Below are positions 1 through 13,547 of a stretch of DNA of 64,000 nucleotides, one piece after another. Source of the DNA: Octopus vulgaris (lineage: Eukaryota); assembly GCA_951406725.2 (NCBI GenBank), contig OX597839.1:17484001-17548000 (forward strand), in the 5' to 3' direction. Each line of letters begins with the position of its first letter. Within the stretch, counting starts at the first letter, position 1. The position numbers and the translations under genes were made by a program. The notes beneath the pieces are model-generated. The model did no database searches and had not been told where the DNA came from. It saw only the letters and a program-made list of their open reading frames with translations.

Positions 1-1215
1 GAAAAGTCTTACACCAAAAATATCTACATTTTCATAGATAACAATCTATCATTGATGTAGTTATGGCTTTAAAGATATTGATTTTTATGTTGTTTAATGT
101 TTTAGTTTTTAATTATAGCCAGAATTAGTAGTATTCCAGACTCTGTCTCTTCTATAACTACTACAGTGACCTCAGAGCTGATTGATCTCGTACTGTTCCT
201 ACTCACTCCTCATCTCTCATAACCTATATTTTGTCCACCCCACCAGCTTTGGAGCAGCTATTTTGGCTATAGTCATTCCTTCCCACCAGAATATCAACCC
301 TCTAAAATTCCCTTCCTACAACCATCAACTTTCACTTCTTCTATAGAAACATTAACCATATCAATATCATCAATGTTTGGATGGTTTGCAAAGGTCATGG
401 GGAATGGTTGTGTGTTTAAGAGGATTTGCTTTGAAACTTGGAGGTTGTTCCAACTGCACAGCTTCTTGAGAAATAACTCCTACCACAACATCAGATCAAC
501 CAAATTCTTGTGGGTGAAATTAGAAAGACAGAAACTGTTCAGAAACACCACCACCAAATATTTGGATGCCTTTAGCAGAGTTCCATCTACTGCAGGCATT
601 TAGGAAAGATCTCCTGTCTAAAGATAATACCCATCCTTCATTCTAACAGTCATGGAGGAACTTGAAAAATAGATATAATGCAGGACTTCTTCCTCAGAGT
701 AAACAATTAAAAAGGAATTTTGATATCATTAATTATTATTGTAACCTTTTGCCTCTCCTTTGCATCACATGTTATACACAGGACATATTTCCTTTGCATC
801 CATGCATCAAATATTATTTATTCACAATTTTTTTCAACCACCAGAGTAACTTAGGACTTATGGAAGGAAAGCTGTATATTACTCAGAATGTATGAAACAA
901 GAGCTAACTAAAAGTCTAGAGACAAGCATAAATGTTTAGGACAAACTATGAAAATACTTTGGACAGGCAAAGGGTTAGAAAGAATAAGTAGCAGATGAGT
1001 GCTGGAGTTGATGTAATCAGCTTCCACCTCCCCACAGAAATGCTGGCCTCATTTCAAAATTAGAAAGGATTATTTTGAAAAGAACAGTGAAGCATCAGAC
1101 ACAGTGACACATTGTCCTGTTGTTGTAATCATCTTGGTACAATCTGGTGTAATCAATGTTCAATCCACATCAGAGAAATTTTGTTGAAATAAACTGTTCA
1201 AAGACTTGTGTAATA

Positions 1216-1426
1216 TATTTCTTTACTACCCACTAGGGGCTAAACATAGAGGGGATAAACAAAGGGATTAAGTCGATTACATCGACCCAGTGCAAAACTG
1301 GTACTTTATTTATCGACCCCGAGAGGATGAAAAGCAAAGTCGACCTTGGTGGAATTTGAACTCAGAGCGTAACAACAGACGAAATACCGCTAAGCATTTC
1401 GCCCGGCGTGCTAACGTTTCTGCCAG
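1216..1426 (-). mobile_element. SINE family B copy (tRNA-like head, short AT-rich tail)
   Basis: Minus strand reads ctggcagaaacgttagcacgccgggcgaaatgcttagcgg...gagttcaaattccaccaaggtcgactttgcttttcatcc; near-identical to the copy at 61093-61328 and similar to many older copies. Confidence 0.8.
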
Positions 1427-1991
1427 TCAGGCTTGAGGCTGTGGATGACCTAACAGATTGGGTAGATGATTTTCAACCAAGCGATCAATAGTTTATGTCA
1501 TGTCTGCAGTCCTAGGTTGTATCAGTGGCTTTGATACTTAACTCTCTAAATCACACTGACCACCTAGAGAGATAAACAAGTAGTGAGTTCAGTCACACCT
1601 GTAGGAAAATAAACTGGAACTCAAGAAGGAGCCATGATGATCTACCTCTATAATGAACTGAGGAGTTTCATGGCTGTCATTTTGACATCTTTTAGACAGT
1701 CATGAGAAGTCAGATTTGACTTGATGTTTCCATTCACCCAATAGAATAAGTATCAAACTTAAAAACAGGTACTGAGATTGATTTATTTGACTGAAGATCC
1801 TTCAAGGCACTACCCCAGCATGGCTGTAGTCCGATAGCTGAAATAAAGAATAAATAAAAGGCACACATATGCACACATGCACAAACGCACAAACACACAT
1901 GTATGTATATCACTGTATCAACCAGGCTCTCGGATGTTGTTATACACTGCTTGTCAAAATGCGCTTCCTCACACTGTTGTAGCTAGGTGGT

Positions 1992-2402
1992 GGATCTTTT
2001 CGGTTTGAATGGCAGTTTTTTCTAGCGGTGTCATATGAAATTGTCACCCATAATTATGACCCTAGATTCGATCTATTGCATTTCAATCTCTTTTAGGGTT
2101 AGGGTTAGGGGTGGGGGAAGGGTATCTTTTTTTCTTCACAAATGTAAATAAACCCAATCTGTTTCTTAAACAAGGGACATATTCATATGGCACAGAATGC
2201 TTTTTAACTCAATAGACATCACTTGGTTGAAATTGCAGAAATTGAAGAAAAAAAACAACAAATATCTTACAAACTATAGAATTTTCTCAATAAAGCCAAG
2301 AGAAAATGATGTTTTATAAACACATTCTACCAGTATACGAAGCTTAAAATGTTTTAGTTACCTAGAAATTATGTTAAAAACTGCCGTTCAAACCAAAATA
2401 CC
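1992..2402. mobile_element. MITE with ~28-bp imperfect TIRs and internal (TTAGGG)3
   Basis: Left end ggatcttttcggtttgaatggcagttttt; right end aaaaactgccgttcaaaccaaaatacc is its imperfect reverse complement. ttagggttagggttaggg at 2093-2110. No clear TSD. Confidence 0.7.
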
Positions 2403-2919
2403 TCTATACAATGGTCATATATGTCTGAATAGAATGCCAGTCCATTTCAGTGTTACTTGTTTACACCTGAGTGGACTAGGGCAGCATGAAATGAAGTGTT
2501 TTGCTCAAGAACACAATGCACCACTGATCTGGGAATCAAAACCACAATCATACGATTATATATACAACATTCTATCAACCAAGCCATGCACCTTCATGTA
2601 TTTGTGTGTATATAAGTGTGTGTGTATGTATGTGTACTTATACATTTATGTTTGTGTGTGCGTATCTGTAAATTTGCATGTACAGGTGTAAGCCAGTGAG
2701 TTGAATTGCATCTTTATATGTCAAAAGATATATAGACATATATGACCATTGTATAGAGGTTGATAAAATAAATGCATGATTGAAACAAATCTATTGATTT
2801 GAATAACTGGAAACCTTTGTGGTAGTGGCTATGCTGGGGCACTCTACAATGACAGGAATCAATAAAAAATGTATATCTACTCACAAATACACAGATGCAC
2901 ATGTACACACACACACACG

Positions 2920-2960
<41 letters not shown>

Positions 2961-3203
2961 GGTGGCATGTAACAAACACCATCCGATCATGGCTGTGCCA
3001 GCCTCGCCTGGCACCTGTGTTGGTGGCACATAAAAAGCACCCACTACACTCACGGAGTGGTTGGCGTTAGGAAGGGCATCCAGCTGTAGAAACACCGCCA
3101 GATCTGACTGGCCTGGTGCAGCCTTCGGGCTTCCCAGACCCCAGTGGGGTCGTCCAACCCATGCTAGCATGGAAAGCGGATGTTAAACGATGATGATGAT
3201 GAT
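2961..3203 (+). mobile_element. Retroposon family C 3' end with (GAT)n tail
   Basis: ggcgttaggaagggcatccagctgtagaaa...ccaacccatgctagcatggaaagcggatgttaaacgatgatgatg; same sequence recurs at 22686-22996 and, reversed, near 33455-33750 and 55140-55500. Confidence 0.7.
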
Positions 3204-3219
3204 ATATATATATAATTAT

Positions 3220-3260
<41 letters not shown>

Positions 3261-3815
3261 CATACGAAGACACAGACACATAGTAATTTTAGATATATAT
3301 CTAATTATGTCAGTCTTAATTTTAATCAGAAACATTTTTCATTCAGAAAGCTAGAGTCTATAATTTTGAATCAAAACTAAAACCTTTATTTATTTATTCA
3401 TTAATCATAAGCAAAACAAATCAAAGATTTTTTTACATATATATCACACTTGCTCTTTACATAGAAGCTCATATAAACACATATCACTGCTCATATAAAC
3501 AGCAGAGCTATTTGTATATATTATACACACAAATTCATAAATTGTCAGAAGATATCTAGCGTTCATTTTTGTTTTTGTTTTGTATTTAAATTCATGTGAG
3601 TGGATGTAGGTGTGGCTCTGCGAGAAGAAATTTGCTTTCCAACCACATGGCCCCAAGTCCAGTCCCACTGAGGCACTTTAAGTGTCTTCTACTGTATCCC
3701 CAAGCCAACCAAAGCTTTGTTTTGCATGCTTTCATGACATGAAACTTATAGTAGCTCATAAAATCATATACTGAGTTTATTACATAATGTATGTATGTAT
3801 GTATGTATGTATGTA

Positions 3816-3878
<63 letters not shown>

Positions 3879-5193
3879 ATGTATTGACTCCTTGGCTTCA
3901 CATTGCATGATAGTTGTAAACAAGAGTCACCGTCATCTAAGCAGTGTCCTTCACTACCACATATCCATGAAAATCTATCTGGTCATAGGAAAATATTACC
4001 TTACTTAGAAACAGGTATGAGGACTGGCACCCGGAAGAGCATCTAGCTGAAGAAAAATCCACTTTCACAAATTCTGTCTGACCCATGCAAGCATGGAAAA
4101 GTTGGCATTAAAATAATGATGATGATGATGTTGCTATTTAACTTTGTCAATGCTGATTGAGTAGATTTTTAATTAAAGATATTTAAGATGTGACCCATCC
4201 CACTGTTTTCTTTTTTGTTTTATTATTATTTGTGGACAAAGTGAATCTAGAAAATCGTACAAGATAATTTATCCTCCTGTTTTTTGGGGTTTTTTCTAAG
4301 AGAGCAGGATGTGATTTAGGATAGAGTTGGCTGCTATTTTTAGTAGATTGAGCAATCCTGTTGATACTTTTTTGGTTTCTTGTGTTGGTTGCTTTTGTTG
4401 TTAAATCTCTGTCAACCCTGATTGAACAGACATGTGATTGAAGGCATTCCCGTCATGGTTAACACCTCATTTTAGATGTATGTAGCAGTATAAGTTCAGG
4501 TAAAATTAACAGGATTATTATTGTTGAACAAAATGTCATGTAATATTTTTCCTACAATAGGTACAAACTGAAATTTTGTGAGAAGAAGCTAATCAATCAC
4601 ATCGATTCCAGTATTAAACTGGTACTATCAACCTTGAAGGGATGAAAGGTAAAGTGGACCTAAACAGAATTTGAACCTAGACCATTAAGAGCTGGAAGAA
4701 ATTATGCTAAGCATTTCATCTGGCATGCTAACAATCTTGGTAGCTTGCTGCCTTGAAATATCTTGTAATGTCTGTTTTGGCTCTTCATGATAAGTGTTTT
4801 TCCTAGATACCATTAGATAGGGAATTTGCCACATGGGTAACTGCTGGATAGAGAGAAGGTAGACTCATTACAATAGCAACTACTTTATTTCTTCAAAATG
4901 TCTCCTTTTATATTAAGGCAGGCTTCCAACCAACAAAACAGTCTCTAATATTTTTAGAAATAGTAGCCAAAACCCTCTCAAATCATACCTTATTGTCCTA
5001 CAAATGAGAGGACACACTGAACATATGGAAACAATGATGCTTATAATCTAAAAATAAAGGATAAAATCAGAATGAGCTTGGCTGGAATTCCAGGTACAAA
5101 TCATCTGATGAGATTTTTTTAGTTTCAGTCTACCCAGTTTCACTCTCAAGGTATGAATCAATCCAAGGCTATAGAAATGACATTTATTCAAGA

Positions 5194-5574
5194 CTAGCAG
5201 TATCGCCCGGCGTTGCTCAGGTTTGTAAGGGAAATAACTATAAAGCATTTTTAGAGAGTTATAGCCAAAAAATAGCAAAAAAAATGGAAAAAAAATTATG
5301 GTAAATTTGTTTTTGAGAGTTAAAAAGGTCGAGTTGCGTCCCCTAGACAGTCTGTGGTTTGTGTTTCTGATTCTCGACCCCATGTCGAATTTATCGATTT
5401 TTTTCAGAACTGGGGAAACTTTTCAAAATTTTCGCTGCGTTAGTTTTGAATTATGACATTGGGCTATGTGTGTGTCAAGTTTCATCAGAATCGGTTGAAA
5501 GCCGTGGTCAGGGTGAGGGTACAAGCAAACAGACACACAGAAACACACACAGACAAACTTTATATAGAGAGAGA
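5194..5574 (-). mobile_element. Non-autonomous Helitron
   Basis: Minus strand begins TC and ends with a GC-rich hairpin then CTAG (plus strand ctagcagtatcgcccggcgttgctc); inserted between A5193 and T5575 with no TSD; highly similar to 13548-13919. Confidence 0.8.
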
Positions 5575-6090
5575 TGCCCACAAAATGGAATCAGACTTTT
5601 TGTTTGTGAAGTAAACTTCTTAACCACTTGGCCATACTACACCTAGAGTTATATCCATACATATATCATCATCATCATTTAATGTCTGTTTTCCATGCTG
5701 GCATGAGTTAGAATTGTTTGACATGATCTGACAAGCTACAAAGCTGCTTCAGGCACCAATGTTTCCTTTGAAATGGTTTCTACTGCTGGATACTCTTCTT
5801 TATGTGTGTATTGGGTGCTTTTTTCCTGTCATTAGCATTAGTGAGGTTACGAAGTAACTTGCAACACAAATACTCACATACACACACACATGCATGCATG
5901 TGTGTATATGAGCATGCATGCACAAACAGATGCATACATGCACAGCAGGCTTCTAGACATATTCTGTCAGCCAAATTCCATCACGAAATATTGGTCAACC
6001 TGAGACTATGTTTCAAGATATTTACCCTCAAAGCTACCCAGTGAAATTGAACCAACACCCTTGTGGTTGCAAAATGTACTTAATTGTTAA

Positions 6091-6319
6091 TACTCTTTAC
6101 TCTCTCATTTACTCTTTTACTTGTTTCAGTCATTTGACTGTGTCCATGCTGGAGCACTGCCTTTAGTCGAGCAAATCGACCGCAGGATTTATTCTTTGTA
6201 AGCCTATTACTTATTCTATCGATCTCTTTTGCCGAACCACTAAGTTACGGGGACGTAAACACACCAGCATCGGTTGTCAAGCGATGTTGGGGGTACAAAC
6301 ACAACACACAAACATATAC

Positions 6320-6378
<59 letters not shown>

Positions 6379-6535
6379 TATGACAGGCTTCTTTTCAGTT
6401 TCCGTCTACCAAATCCACTCACAAGGCTTTGGTCGACCCGAGGCTATAGTGGAAGACACTTGCCCAAAGGGCCACACAGAGGGACTGAACCCAGAACCAT
6501 GTAGTTGGTCAGCAAGCTACTTACCACACAGCCAC
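6091..6535 (-). mobile_element. SINE family A copy (tRNA-like head, internal TA/TG microsatellite, AAGAGTA-type tail)
   Basis: Reverse complement of the family consensus seen at 8511-8880. Confidence 0.85.
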
Positions 6536-7588
6536 ATAACATCAATGTTTCTTTGTTTTAGTCTTCTCTAATATAAGCCTTCTAATTATTCAGAAATTAA
6601 TTTGTTCATGTTGTTATTTTAATTGGTGAACTCTTTCCAGTTGAAATGATCTTATATACATCTCTTCAACAAATATGCACACACACACACACACACATCA
6701 CACATGCATATGAACTCACACTCACCCACATGCATATGCACTCACACACACATGCATATGAACTCATATACACATGTGCATATTAACTTTTAAACACTTA
6801 CATACGTGCATAAAAGCTCACACATATATGTGTATATAAACTCATATGCACATATATGTATGTAAACTCATACACACACACACATTCATACTTGAATATA
6901 CTCATGCACGCATGTTCATATAAACTTGAACCCACATGTGCATATAAACTCATACACAAATTCATACATACTCACACTTGTATATTCTCCTACACTCACA
7001 CATATTCACAAAAGTACATCTCAATGGAATATATTCAGTAAATAAGTTTAAGAATAGATTTATAATATAAATTTACTAAAACATAGAATTCACTATCACC
7101 CATTCATTCAAGGGGCTTTTTACATAATTGTAAATTGATACAAGGTATGAAGTTTTGGCTTCTTTCAATTCTTAATTAATTGCTTTTTATTTATATTTTC
7201 ATTTGCTAATTGGTTTGACATTCGAACAAGAACTGATGTAATTGTTCCCATGAGGTTTTCTCCTGCTCATATTTCTCCTTTAGTTGTCACCTCTTCTCAT
7301 ATGTCTTATCTGCTTTAATTTTATTCTGATCTCTGTTCATTATATATCTGTTTATTTACATCGTTTCATTTTATATCATGCTGTTTTTTTTTTATGTTGT
7401 TCATATTTAGCCCCAGGTAGACCTGAGCAAGCAGATTTATATAACCAAAGGTTCTCCTTTACGTGATAGTCAATTTTGCCTCTAGGTTGCTCTATCTAAT
7501 GCAATGCTTATTTATTCACATTGTGTTGAATTAATCACGTATTAACTTGTAACTTCAACATTTTGACGATGTGATTGTTTAGTTTTAG

Positions 7589-7793
7589 CCCATTAGTATT
7601 TAAACCAGCTATAACCAGCCCTAATATTCTACTTGTTTTATGATTAGCCTCTCACACCTACTCTGCAATGTGGTCCTAAAAGTAAACAGTCACATTATCA
7701 AAATCTGAATGCTACAAGATAATATCTGACTAGTTTTAAAAACTTAAAATAAATAAGTATTGCAGTTGACAGAGTAATCTGAATGCTAAAGGG
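7589..7793. mobile_element. piggyBac-like MITE nested, inverted, inside another copy of the same MITE (~7480-8045)
   Basis: Ends cccattag...ctaaaggg; ttag duplicated at 7585-7588 and 7794-7797; the flanks rejoin into the sequence of the MITE at 50398-50618. Confidence 0.7.
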
Positions 7794-8510
7794 TTAGAAT
7801 GACATTTTAGGACAGGTATGAGCATAGGCTTGGAAACAAGGGTGCAGGGGGTGTGCATGCCCCCACTAAAATTCTTTGGGGGCAATGAAAACTCTTTGGA
7901 CATCTTGAGTTGGATCTAGGTTTGCATCCCCTAAGCTAATTCTGTTCCCACACTTATAAATGTGAGAGACCAGATTTGGCCAGTTCCAACATAAAACAAG
8001 TAAACTAGTTTGGGCCTGACATGGCCAGTTTAAATGCTAAAGATTGAAACATATTTTGGATTACTTTGTTCAAAGTGTAATGTGTCATGTTTTTAAGGCA
8101 GCAAGGTAGGATTTAAAGCAGTATTCTACTGCTATATCTATCATGTCAAGATATTTACTAAGAAAATCCCTTGCAGTCAGTTGTGTGGCCATGAGGTTCC
8201 CTTTACAGTCTTGTGCTATTGGATTTGGTCCCATTGCACATCGCTTTGGCCAGATGCCTTCCACCAGTTTTCACCTTGTCAGGGGAAAATAATCTGATAG
8301 ATGGAAACTGTGTAGAAGATCACCATATCATGTGCATTTGTATTTTGATAATATATATTGGCATGATGCCAAAAAAGAACCAATGATACACCCTTGACAC
8401 TGTAGCCTTCTGAAATGCAGTGAACCAATGACTGACATGTTGCTATTGTTCACAAACTATTATATAAAATAAATAAATTAAATGAAATATGTATGAATGT
8501 ATATATATAT

Positions 8511-8880
8511 GGCGCAGGAGTGGCTGTGTGGTAAGTAGCTTGCTTACCAACCACATGGTTCCGGGTTCAGTCCCACTGCGTGGCACCTTGGTCAAGTGTC
8601 TTCTACTATAGCCTTGGGCTGCCTTGTGAGTGGATTTGGTAGACGGAAACTGAAAGAAGCCCGTCGTATATATGTATATATATATATATGTGTGCGTGTA
8701 TGTTTGTGTGTCTGTGTTTGTCCCCCTAGCATTGCTTGACAACCGTTGCTGGTGTGTTTATGTCCCCGTCACTTAGGCGGTTCGGCAAAAGAGACCGATA
8801 GAATAAGTCCCGGGGTCGAGTTGCTCGACTAAAAGGCGGTGCTCCAGCATGGCCGCAGTCAAATGACTGAAACAAGTAAA
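8511..8880 (+). mobile_element. SINE family A, near full-length
   Basis: Head ggcgcaggagtggctgtgtggtaag (A-box-like) and gggttcagtccc (B-box-like), body gtggcaccttggtcaagtgtc, tail gctccagcatggccgcagtcaaatgactgaaacaagtaaa; more than 10 copies in the window. Confidence 0.85.
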
Positions 8881-9036
8881 ACGGTAAGATAACAAAAGAA
8901 AGAAAGAGACCTCAATATTATGTAAATTGAGGAAATTTATCTGTAAAATAATATGTGACAATTATTTGGTAGCCAAGATAAAAGTCTGAGTTTTATCTTG
9001 GCTACCAAATAATTGTCACATATTATTTTACAGATA
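8878..9036. mobile_element. Fold-back fragment of the hammerhead-bearing repeat seen at 13031-13519
   Basis: 46-bp inverted arms at 8938-8983 and 8991-9036; 8878-8937 is the reverse complement of the 13455-13514 tail. Confidence 0.75.
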
Positions 9037-9370
9037 TATACACACACATGACAGGCTGTTTCCTGTATTCTACCTCCCAAATCCAATCTACATCACTCTA
9101 CTCACAAGCCTTTGGTTGGTCTGGCGTTATAGTAATAGATACCTGCTCAAGATATCTCACTGTGGAACTGAACCCAAGACCACATGGTTGGGAAGCAACC
9201 TTCTTAAACACACAGCCATGCCTGCACCTATAGTTATTAGCAAAGTCAGTAAGAATGCCTTGCAGAATATCTTTCAGCTCTTTATATCCAAGTTCAATTC
9301 CCATATTAATATTATTGTTGCCAGGTTTCGAAACCTTCGCCAACTTTCCCTTGCAATGTTAATATTCCTA

Positions 9371-9785
9371 TACTCTCTTTTTACTCTTTTTACTTGTTTC
9401 AGTCATTTGACTGTGGCCATGCTGGAGCACCGCCTTTAGTCGAGCAATTTGACCCCGGGACTTATTCTTTGTAAGCCTAGTACTTATTCTATCGGTCTCT
9501 TTTGCCGAACCGCTAAGTTACTGGGACGTAAACACACCAGCATCGGTTGTCAAGCAATGCTAGGGGGACAAACACAGAAACACAAACACACACATACATA
9601 CATATATATATATACATATATACGACTGGCTTCTTTCAGTTTCCGTCTACCAAATCCACTCACAAGGCATTGGTCGGCCCGGGGCTATAGCAGAAGACAC
9701 TTGCCCAGGATGCCACGCAGTGGGACTGAACCCGGAACCATGTGGTTGGTTAGCGAGCTACTTACCACACAGCCACTCCTGCGCC
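9371..9785 (-). mobile_element. SINE family A, full-length
   Basis: Reverse complement of the 8511-8880 consensus, including the head (...acagccactcctgcgcc). Confidence 0.85.
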
Positions 9786-10806
9786 TATCAGTGCACTAAT
9801 TTAAAAAGTGAATAATAAAATAAGTAGAAAAAAAAAGAAAACCACAATTCCTCTTTAAAACATGATGGCGGTGTTGATGTCATTGAGAGGTGGTGCAACA
9901 ACAGATGTTATTATTCACTAAAGATGTAGAACAATCAGTTCCCAAGAGCCAGTATCTTTGGTCATGATGCAGTGCAACAGTGCTAAGAATAAGAATTGAT
10001 ATTATTATAGTATGAATTCAGTATAACTAATAGTTATTATATCAACACTTTCAATATTATGATTTATTCCTCTGAAGAGTTTACAATATATAATAATTCT
10101 CTCTCACTGTCATTACATTCTATTTTGAGTAATCCCATTGACATGGGTATTTTAAAAATAGATGTTTACATACATACAATATATATATATGTGTGTGTGT
10201 GTGTGTGTTTGTGTGTATATATATACGTACATATATAAATACTCATATATACATATATACAACTATACAACTGCACATATCTGAATATATATATATATAT
10301 ATATAATGTGTATGTGTGTATATATATACATTTAAAATGAAGTAGTATATATATACATACTATTTTTGCATATTTCAATATTACTACATTAGTAATTCTT
10401 TTTGTTTTTTGGTTAAAAAGCAACAACAAAAAAGTGATGTTTTTCAAAATTAATATCCTGTTATTGTTTCTGGCAAATTTTTTTCCTTTTTTGCTTTTTT
10501 TTAAAAAAAATTCCATCTTCTCTAAACATCTCTACATAATTATATTTCTTACTGTACATAGTACTTAACACAAACACCCACAAAAGTTTGTGAGTCTGGA
10601 GAGAAAGGAAGAATAGGATTGTTTGTTTTGCTTTTATTTTGTTTTGTTGTTTTCTTTTTCAATTCTGGGTAAGATAACTTAGAAAGAAAAGAAAACATTC
10701 TGACAAAAAGAAAAAGCGAAACTTTCTACCTAACTGTCTGTCTATCTACCTACCTGTCTTTCTATATATATCTAGCTATATATATATCTATATATCTATA
10801 TCTACA

Positions 10807-10893
<87 letters not shown>

Positions 10894-10895
10894 AC

Positions 10896-10934
<39 letters not shown>

Positions 10935-11014
10935 CTCCATCCATTGATCGATCTATCTGTTTGTCTATCTACCTTTCTAACTTTATATGTATGCATGCAT
11001 ATGAGCCTGTGTAC

Positions 11015-11054
<40 letters not shown>

Positions 11055-11541
11055 GCATATATATATACATACATACAAACATATACATATGTATATATAA
11101 ATTACACACACACACACATATATATATATACACACACACACACACATTTATACATGCATATAGATTTATATATATCCATACAAACATGTATGTGTGTGCA
11201 TGTCTACATACATACACATCCATGTATGTGTGTATCAATGTGTGTGAGTGTAATTTAATCGATTTTTATCAAAGAATAAGCAAAAAAAGCATTTATTTTT
11301 CTAACTTTCTCCTCTTTCTTTTCTATTTTTTTTTCCTTTTTTTTTATTTCACGGGTTGGTAATGATATTACAATTATAGATATGCATGGTTTTGTTTTAC
11401 TGTCAAAACAGTTTACGCTGCACATGACATCTCTGCTATAAAACACCTACTGTTTAAAGAAATAATACACCGTGGCAACAAATACATGAAGAATAATATG
11501 AACAGCACCTCTACCATCACCATCAGCACGCTTGCTAATAT

Positions 11542-11581
<40 letters not shown>

Positions 11582-11726
11582 GCTACTACTGCCATTACTG
11601 CAAGTAAAGTGTATTATACATAAGCTTCTGCTAATCATCAGCCAGCCATCATCATATTAAAAGCCAATGCCGATTAGATTAGAACGGAAACATTGAAAGC
11701 TTTTGATGTTGAGTGGAAGAGCGAAG

Positions 11727-11763
<37 letters not shown>

Positions 11764-12076
11764 CGCACACGCATATGTGTGTACCTGTGCTTGTGTGTGT
11801 GTGCATGTGTTTTTGAGTACAAGCGTGAGTGTGTGTGTGTACAGGAGAGTAGAGAGAAAAGCTTATTACAACAGAGACCTAAAGAGCATATTTATCAGTA
11901 TATATGTATATATGTATGTGTATCTATGTTTGTGTGTGTGTGCGGGTATATGTATGCATGTGTGTGTGTGTGTGTGTGTGTGTGTATTTATATATATATA
12001 CATGCATATGTGTATGTCTTTGTACATATATGTGTGTGTTTTTGTATGTATATATATGTATGTATGTATATATATG

Positions 12077-12124
<48 letters not shown>

Positions 12125-13067
12125 TACACACATATACTCTGTGTATGCTAGAGTGTTAGATGTGGAAATAAGACTGATAATTATGATACAGAAATAAAGA
12201 AGACTATTGTAAAGAAGGAAAAGGAAAAGAAAACGGTATAGTTTATCTGTTGGAATGATTACAAAGAGATACACCTGATGTGTTATTTTGATCATAATAA
12301 ATGTTCCCCTCGTACTTCATGCCAAAAAATCGATTTTTCTGAGTGAAAGTAATATAAAGAAGGGGAAAAACAAAAAAGAGACACAAAATTGCTCTCTTTT
12401 AGAGAGAATAAATGAGAAACATTATGCTCATGACTTTGGTCAATAGTCACTTATATATCCACTTAGTGTTGATTGTAGTGTTTTAATTATTTGCTAATTG
12501 CAGAAGAGAGGGTCGAAATAATGAATAAAGTAGAAAATAATCACCTTAATTTGTAACCTTTATTTGTTTGCCTTTTGTTCTTTCAATCAAGATGAAATGG
12601 TAAAGTTCATGCACGTTTGACACTAGAATCTTGCTAGATAACTTTCAAGCCCTGTTTTTATTACATTTCAGGGTACTAAGAATGCTGTTGTAGCTTCTAT
12701 GTTTTATCTAGGGTGCAAGCATAACCAAATGCTTTGTTTTGCTAAATCCCTTGGTTTCAGGTTCAATCTGACTACATTATGCCATAGGAAAATATTTTTA
12801 TATCATATTTATGTCAGCTGAAATTATACCAGTAAATTTTGATAGATAGAAAGAAACTCTATGGGAGCAGTGATCTACTCAAACATGGGTGCCCTGAGAC
12901 TAAACAAGAAAAGCAGCAACAACAAATTACATGAAACTGAGAAATTTAGATAACCCTACAATTCATATATTGTGGGGTGGGGAAAGGGAATTACCATAGC
13001 ATCTGTTCTGTAAGATTTTATATATATATATATCTATACAATAATATGTTACATTACTCGGTAGTCA

Positions 13068-13130
13068 AGATAAAACTCTGAGTTTCAGATGCCGAAGTGG
13101 AAATCCACAACACCATCTCTTCGGTTATCT
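13068..13130 (-). ncRNA. Hammerhead ribozyme-like motif (type I, U4C variant core)
   Basis: Reverse complement of the motif at 13355-13417. Confidence 0.5.
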
Positions 13131-13354
13131 GGCTATTTGAAAACGCTATGAAAAAATACCGTTAAATAAAGGGAAATTACTGTGTTATAACTCTGCTTGC
13201 CTGCGTACTTATACATCGCTCGCATTTTTCGTCATAAAAATTATATAAAAATACATAAAAAATATATAAAAATATATAAATTCTTCTTGGGACATAACAT
13301 AGAAAGCATGTTCTATCTATTTAACGGTATTTTTTCATAGCTTTTCAAATAGCC

Positions 13355-13417
13355 AGATAACCGAAGAGATGGTGTTGTGGATTTCCACTTCGGCATCTGA
13401 AACTCAGAGTTTTATCT
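13355..13417 (+). ncRNA. Hammerhead ribozyme-like motif (type I, U4C variant core)
   Basis: AGATAA-CCGAAGA-GATG...CATC-T-GAAA-CTCAGAG-TT-TTATCT: helix I AGATAA/TTATCT, helix II GATG/CATC, quasi-palindromic helix III, GUU triplet at 13409-13411. Confidence 0.55.
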
Positions 13418-13516
13418 TGACTACCGAGTAATGTAACATATTATTGTATAGATAAATTTCCTCTATTTACATAATATTGAGGTCTCTTTCTTTCTTTTGT
13501 TATCTTACCGTTTTAT

Positions 13517-13547
<31 letters not shown>

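Larger units (their letters stand above)
13031..13519. mobile_element. Penelope-like terminal-repeat element with inverted arms, in (TA)n
   Basis: ~138-bp near-identical inverted arms at 13031-13168 and 13318-13454 plus a one-sided tail to 13519; (TA)n on both sides; each arm has a hammerhead-like motif. Confidence 0.7.

Noticed and set aside
1-900. Possible decayed LINE remnant on the minus strand
   Set aside because: Only faint peptide resemblance (SWNNL); too degraded to support a call.
2093-2110. Telomere or chromosome-fusion site
   Set aside because: Only three units, and they are internal to a TIR element.
10166-12295. Many 60-200-aa ORFs rich in YI/CV/HT (also near 17-18, 23-25, 28-30, 43 and 52 kb)
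   Set aside because: Translations of (TA)/(CA)/(TG) microsatellites that happen to lack stop codons; not genes.
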